Below are positions 62,937-64,000 of a DNA stretch of 64,000 nt, piece by piece. The notes under the pieces were generated by a model. That model was not told where the DNA came from. It saw only the letters and a list, made by a program, of their open reading frames with translations, and ran no database searches. How positions within the stretch are numbered: position 1 is the stretch's first letter; each line of letters opens with the position of its first letter. Both the position numbers and the translations under genes were made by a program. Source of the stretch: Microbotryum violaceum (Eukaryota); the NCBI GenBank assembly GCA_001244265.2, contig CDLV01000005.1, positions 1,364,001 through 1,428,000 of the forward strand, written 5' to 3'.

Positions 62937-63289
62937 CACCTCGAGGGACGGGAGGCAGGTTGCGGCGCATCGTCATTGCCAGCCGCGCGCGCGCTGCAGT
63001 GCATGCAGCGCCTCGCTCAGCATCCACTCGGCCGAGAATTTGACAGGCGCAGGGGCACCCACCGGTGCTGTTCCAGGTAAGGATTGCCATATATAGTCGC
63101 TCTCCAGGAACTCCTTGGCTCGAGTGGCCGCTAGCTTGCGCACGTCCTTGAGATTCGTCGAAACATAGATCTTGGCCATCGAGACCAGCTCGGACTGCCA
63201 GTTCGGAGATGGCGAACAATTTGATGGTCATCGTGGCATCATAGTAGGAGAAGCGGGTCAGAGAGGATCGCGTTTCTTGCCAAGCGCGG

Positions 63290-63821
63290 CCACTTGCGTT
63301 CACCTCGTAGTTCTCTAAGTACTTTGGGTCTTGGCGCAATTCATACGGAACCACTTCCTGGAAGCCAGCACCACAGTACATGCGCGACAGGATGAATCGA
63401 AAGTCGCTTAGATGATCGGGTTGGATCTTGAATAGCTGGTATTGTCGTACCAGGGCCCTCAGCTCGTCCCGGGCCTCCTGTTGGTCGATCGGCTCGCCAT
63501 TGTACGACGTTAGCTCCTGATGCGATACTCCGGACCAGCTCGTCAGTGTACCTTACAGTCTTCCATTGTGGCTCTTCCTTTGTCTTCCTTCGCTTCCGAG
63601 AGGTCGCACAAAGGCGGGCCGATCGACCAACAGGAGGCCCGGGACGAGCTGAGAGCCCTGGTACGACAATACCAGCTATTCAAGATCCAGCCAGACCACC
63701 TTAGCGACTTTCGATTCATCCTGTCGCGCATGTACTGTGGTGCTGGCTTCCAGGAAGTGGTTCCGTATGAATTGCGCCAAGACCCAAAGTACTTAGAGAA
63801 CTACGAGGTGAGCGCTAGTGG
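63290..63821. repeat. Inverted repeat, about 219-bp arms, 94-bp loop; third partial copy at about 60490-60570
   Basis: 63290-63508 versus 63603-63821. Both arms encode MYCGAGFQEVVPYELRQDPKYLENYEV on opposite strands. Confidence 0.92.
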
Positions 63822-64000
63822 CGAAGCGGCGGCATGGAAGCAACTCGAGCATGGGCAAAGGACAGGACGTAGTGGCTGGCCGGTTGCCAAAGGCGACCAA
63901 CGGGCGCGCCGAGCGAGTCGAAAGGCGAGTGCGGTGGGAATCATTCCCTCTTACTAGAACCAACGATTCTCGCTCGCAACATCGCCTGTTGCTCGCTCGA

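Overview
Eukaryotic, intron-rich fungal DNA. The gene content, GT-AG introns with CTRAC-type branch points and the secretory-lipase expansion suggest a basidiomycete, probably Pucciniomycotina such as Microbotryum (inference). Positions 1-34.6 kb hold ordinary single-copy genes: bZIP/DUF3425 factor, VWA protein, PET191, IRC6/p34-like, RNase III-domain protein, PEX11-family, alpha-glucoside permease, GPI protein, DGK1, Rad5/HLTF-like helicase and SCH9. One degenerate Ty1/copia element (16850-20681) interrupts this stretch. Positions 35-50.7 kb are a tandem segmental duplication giving four secretory lipase genes (A-B-A'-B') plus a truncated PPX1 3' end. PPX1, EGD2 and a large secreted Cys-rich gene follow, and the window ends in transposon debris (58-64 kb). 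The most unusual signals are retroelement-derived. (1) A 2.4 kb insertion is built from two inverted copia 5' ends (LTR+PBS+gag start), with TG..CA ends, a perfect 5-bp TSD and an empty site in the duplicate copy. (2) Three unrelated LTRs share a duplicated AG-terminated unit around an intron-like spacer. (3) Six foldback inverted duplications occur, all in transposon-derived or repeat-rich DNA. Gene models were spliced by eye and no database search was run.
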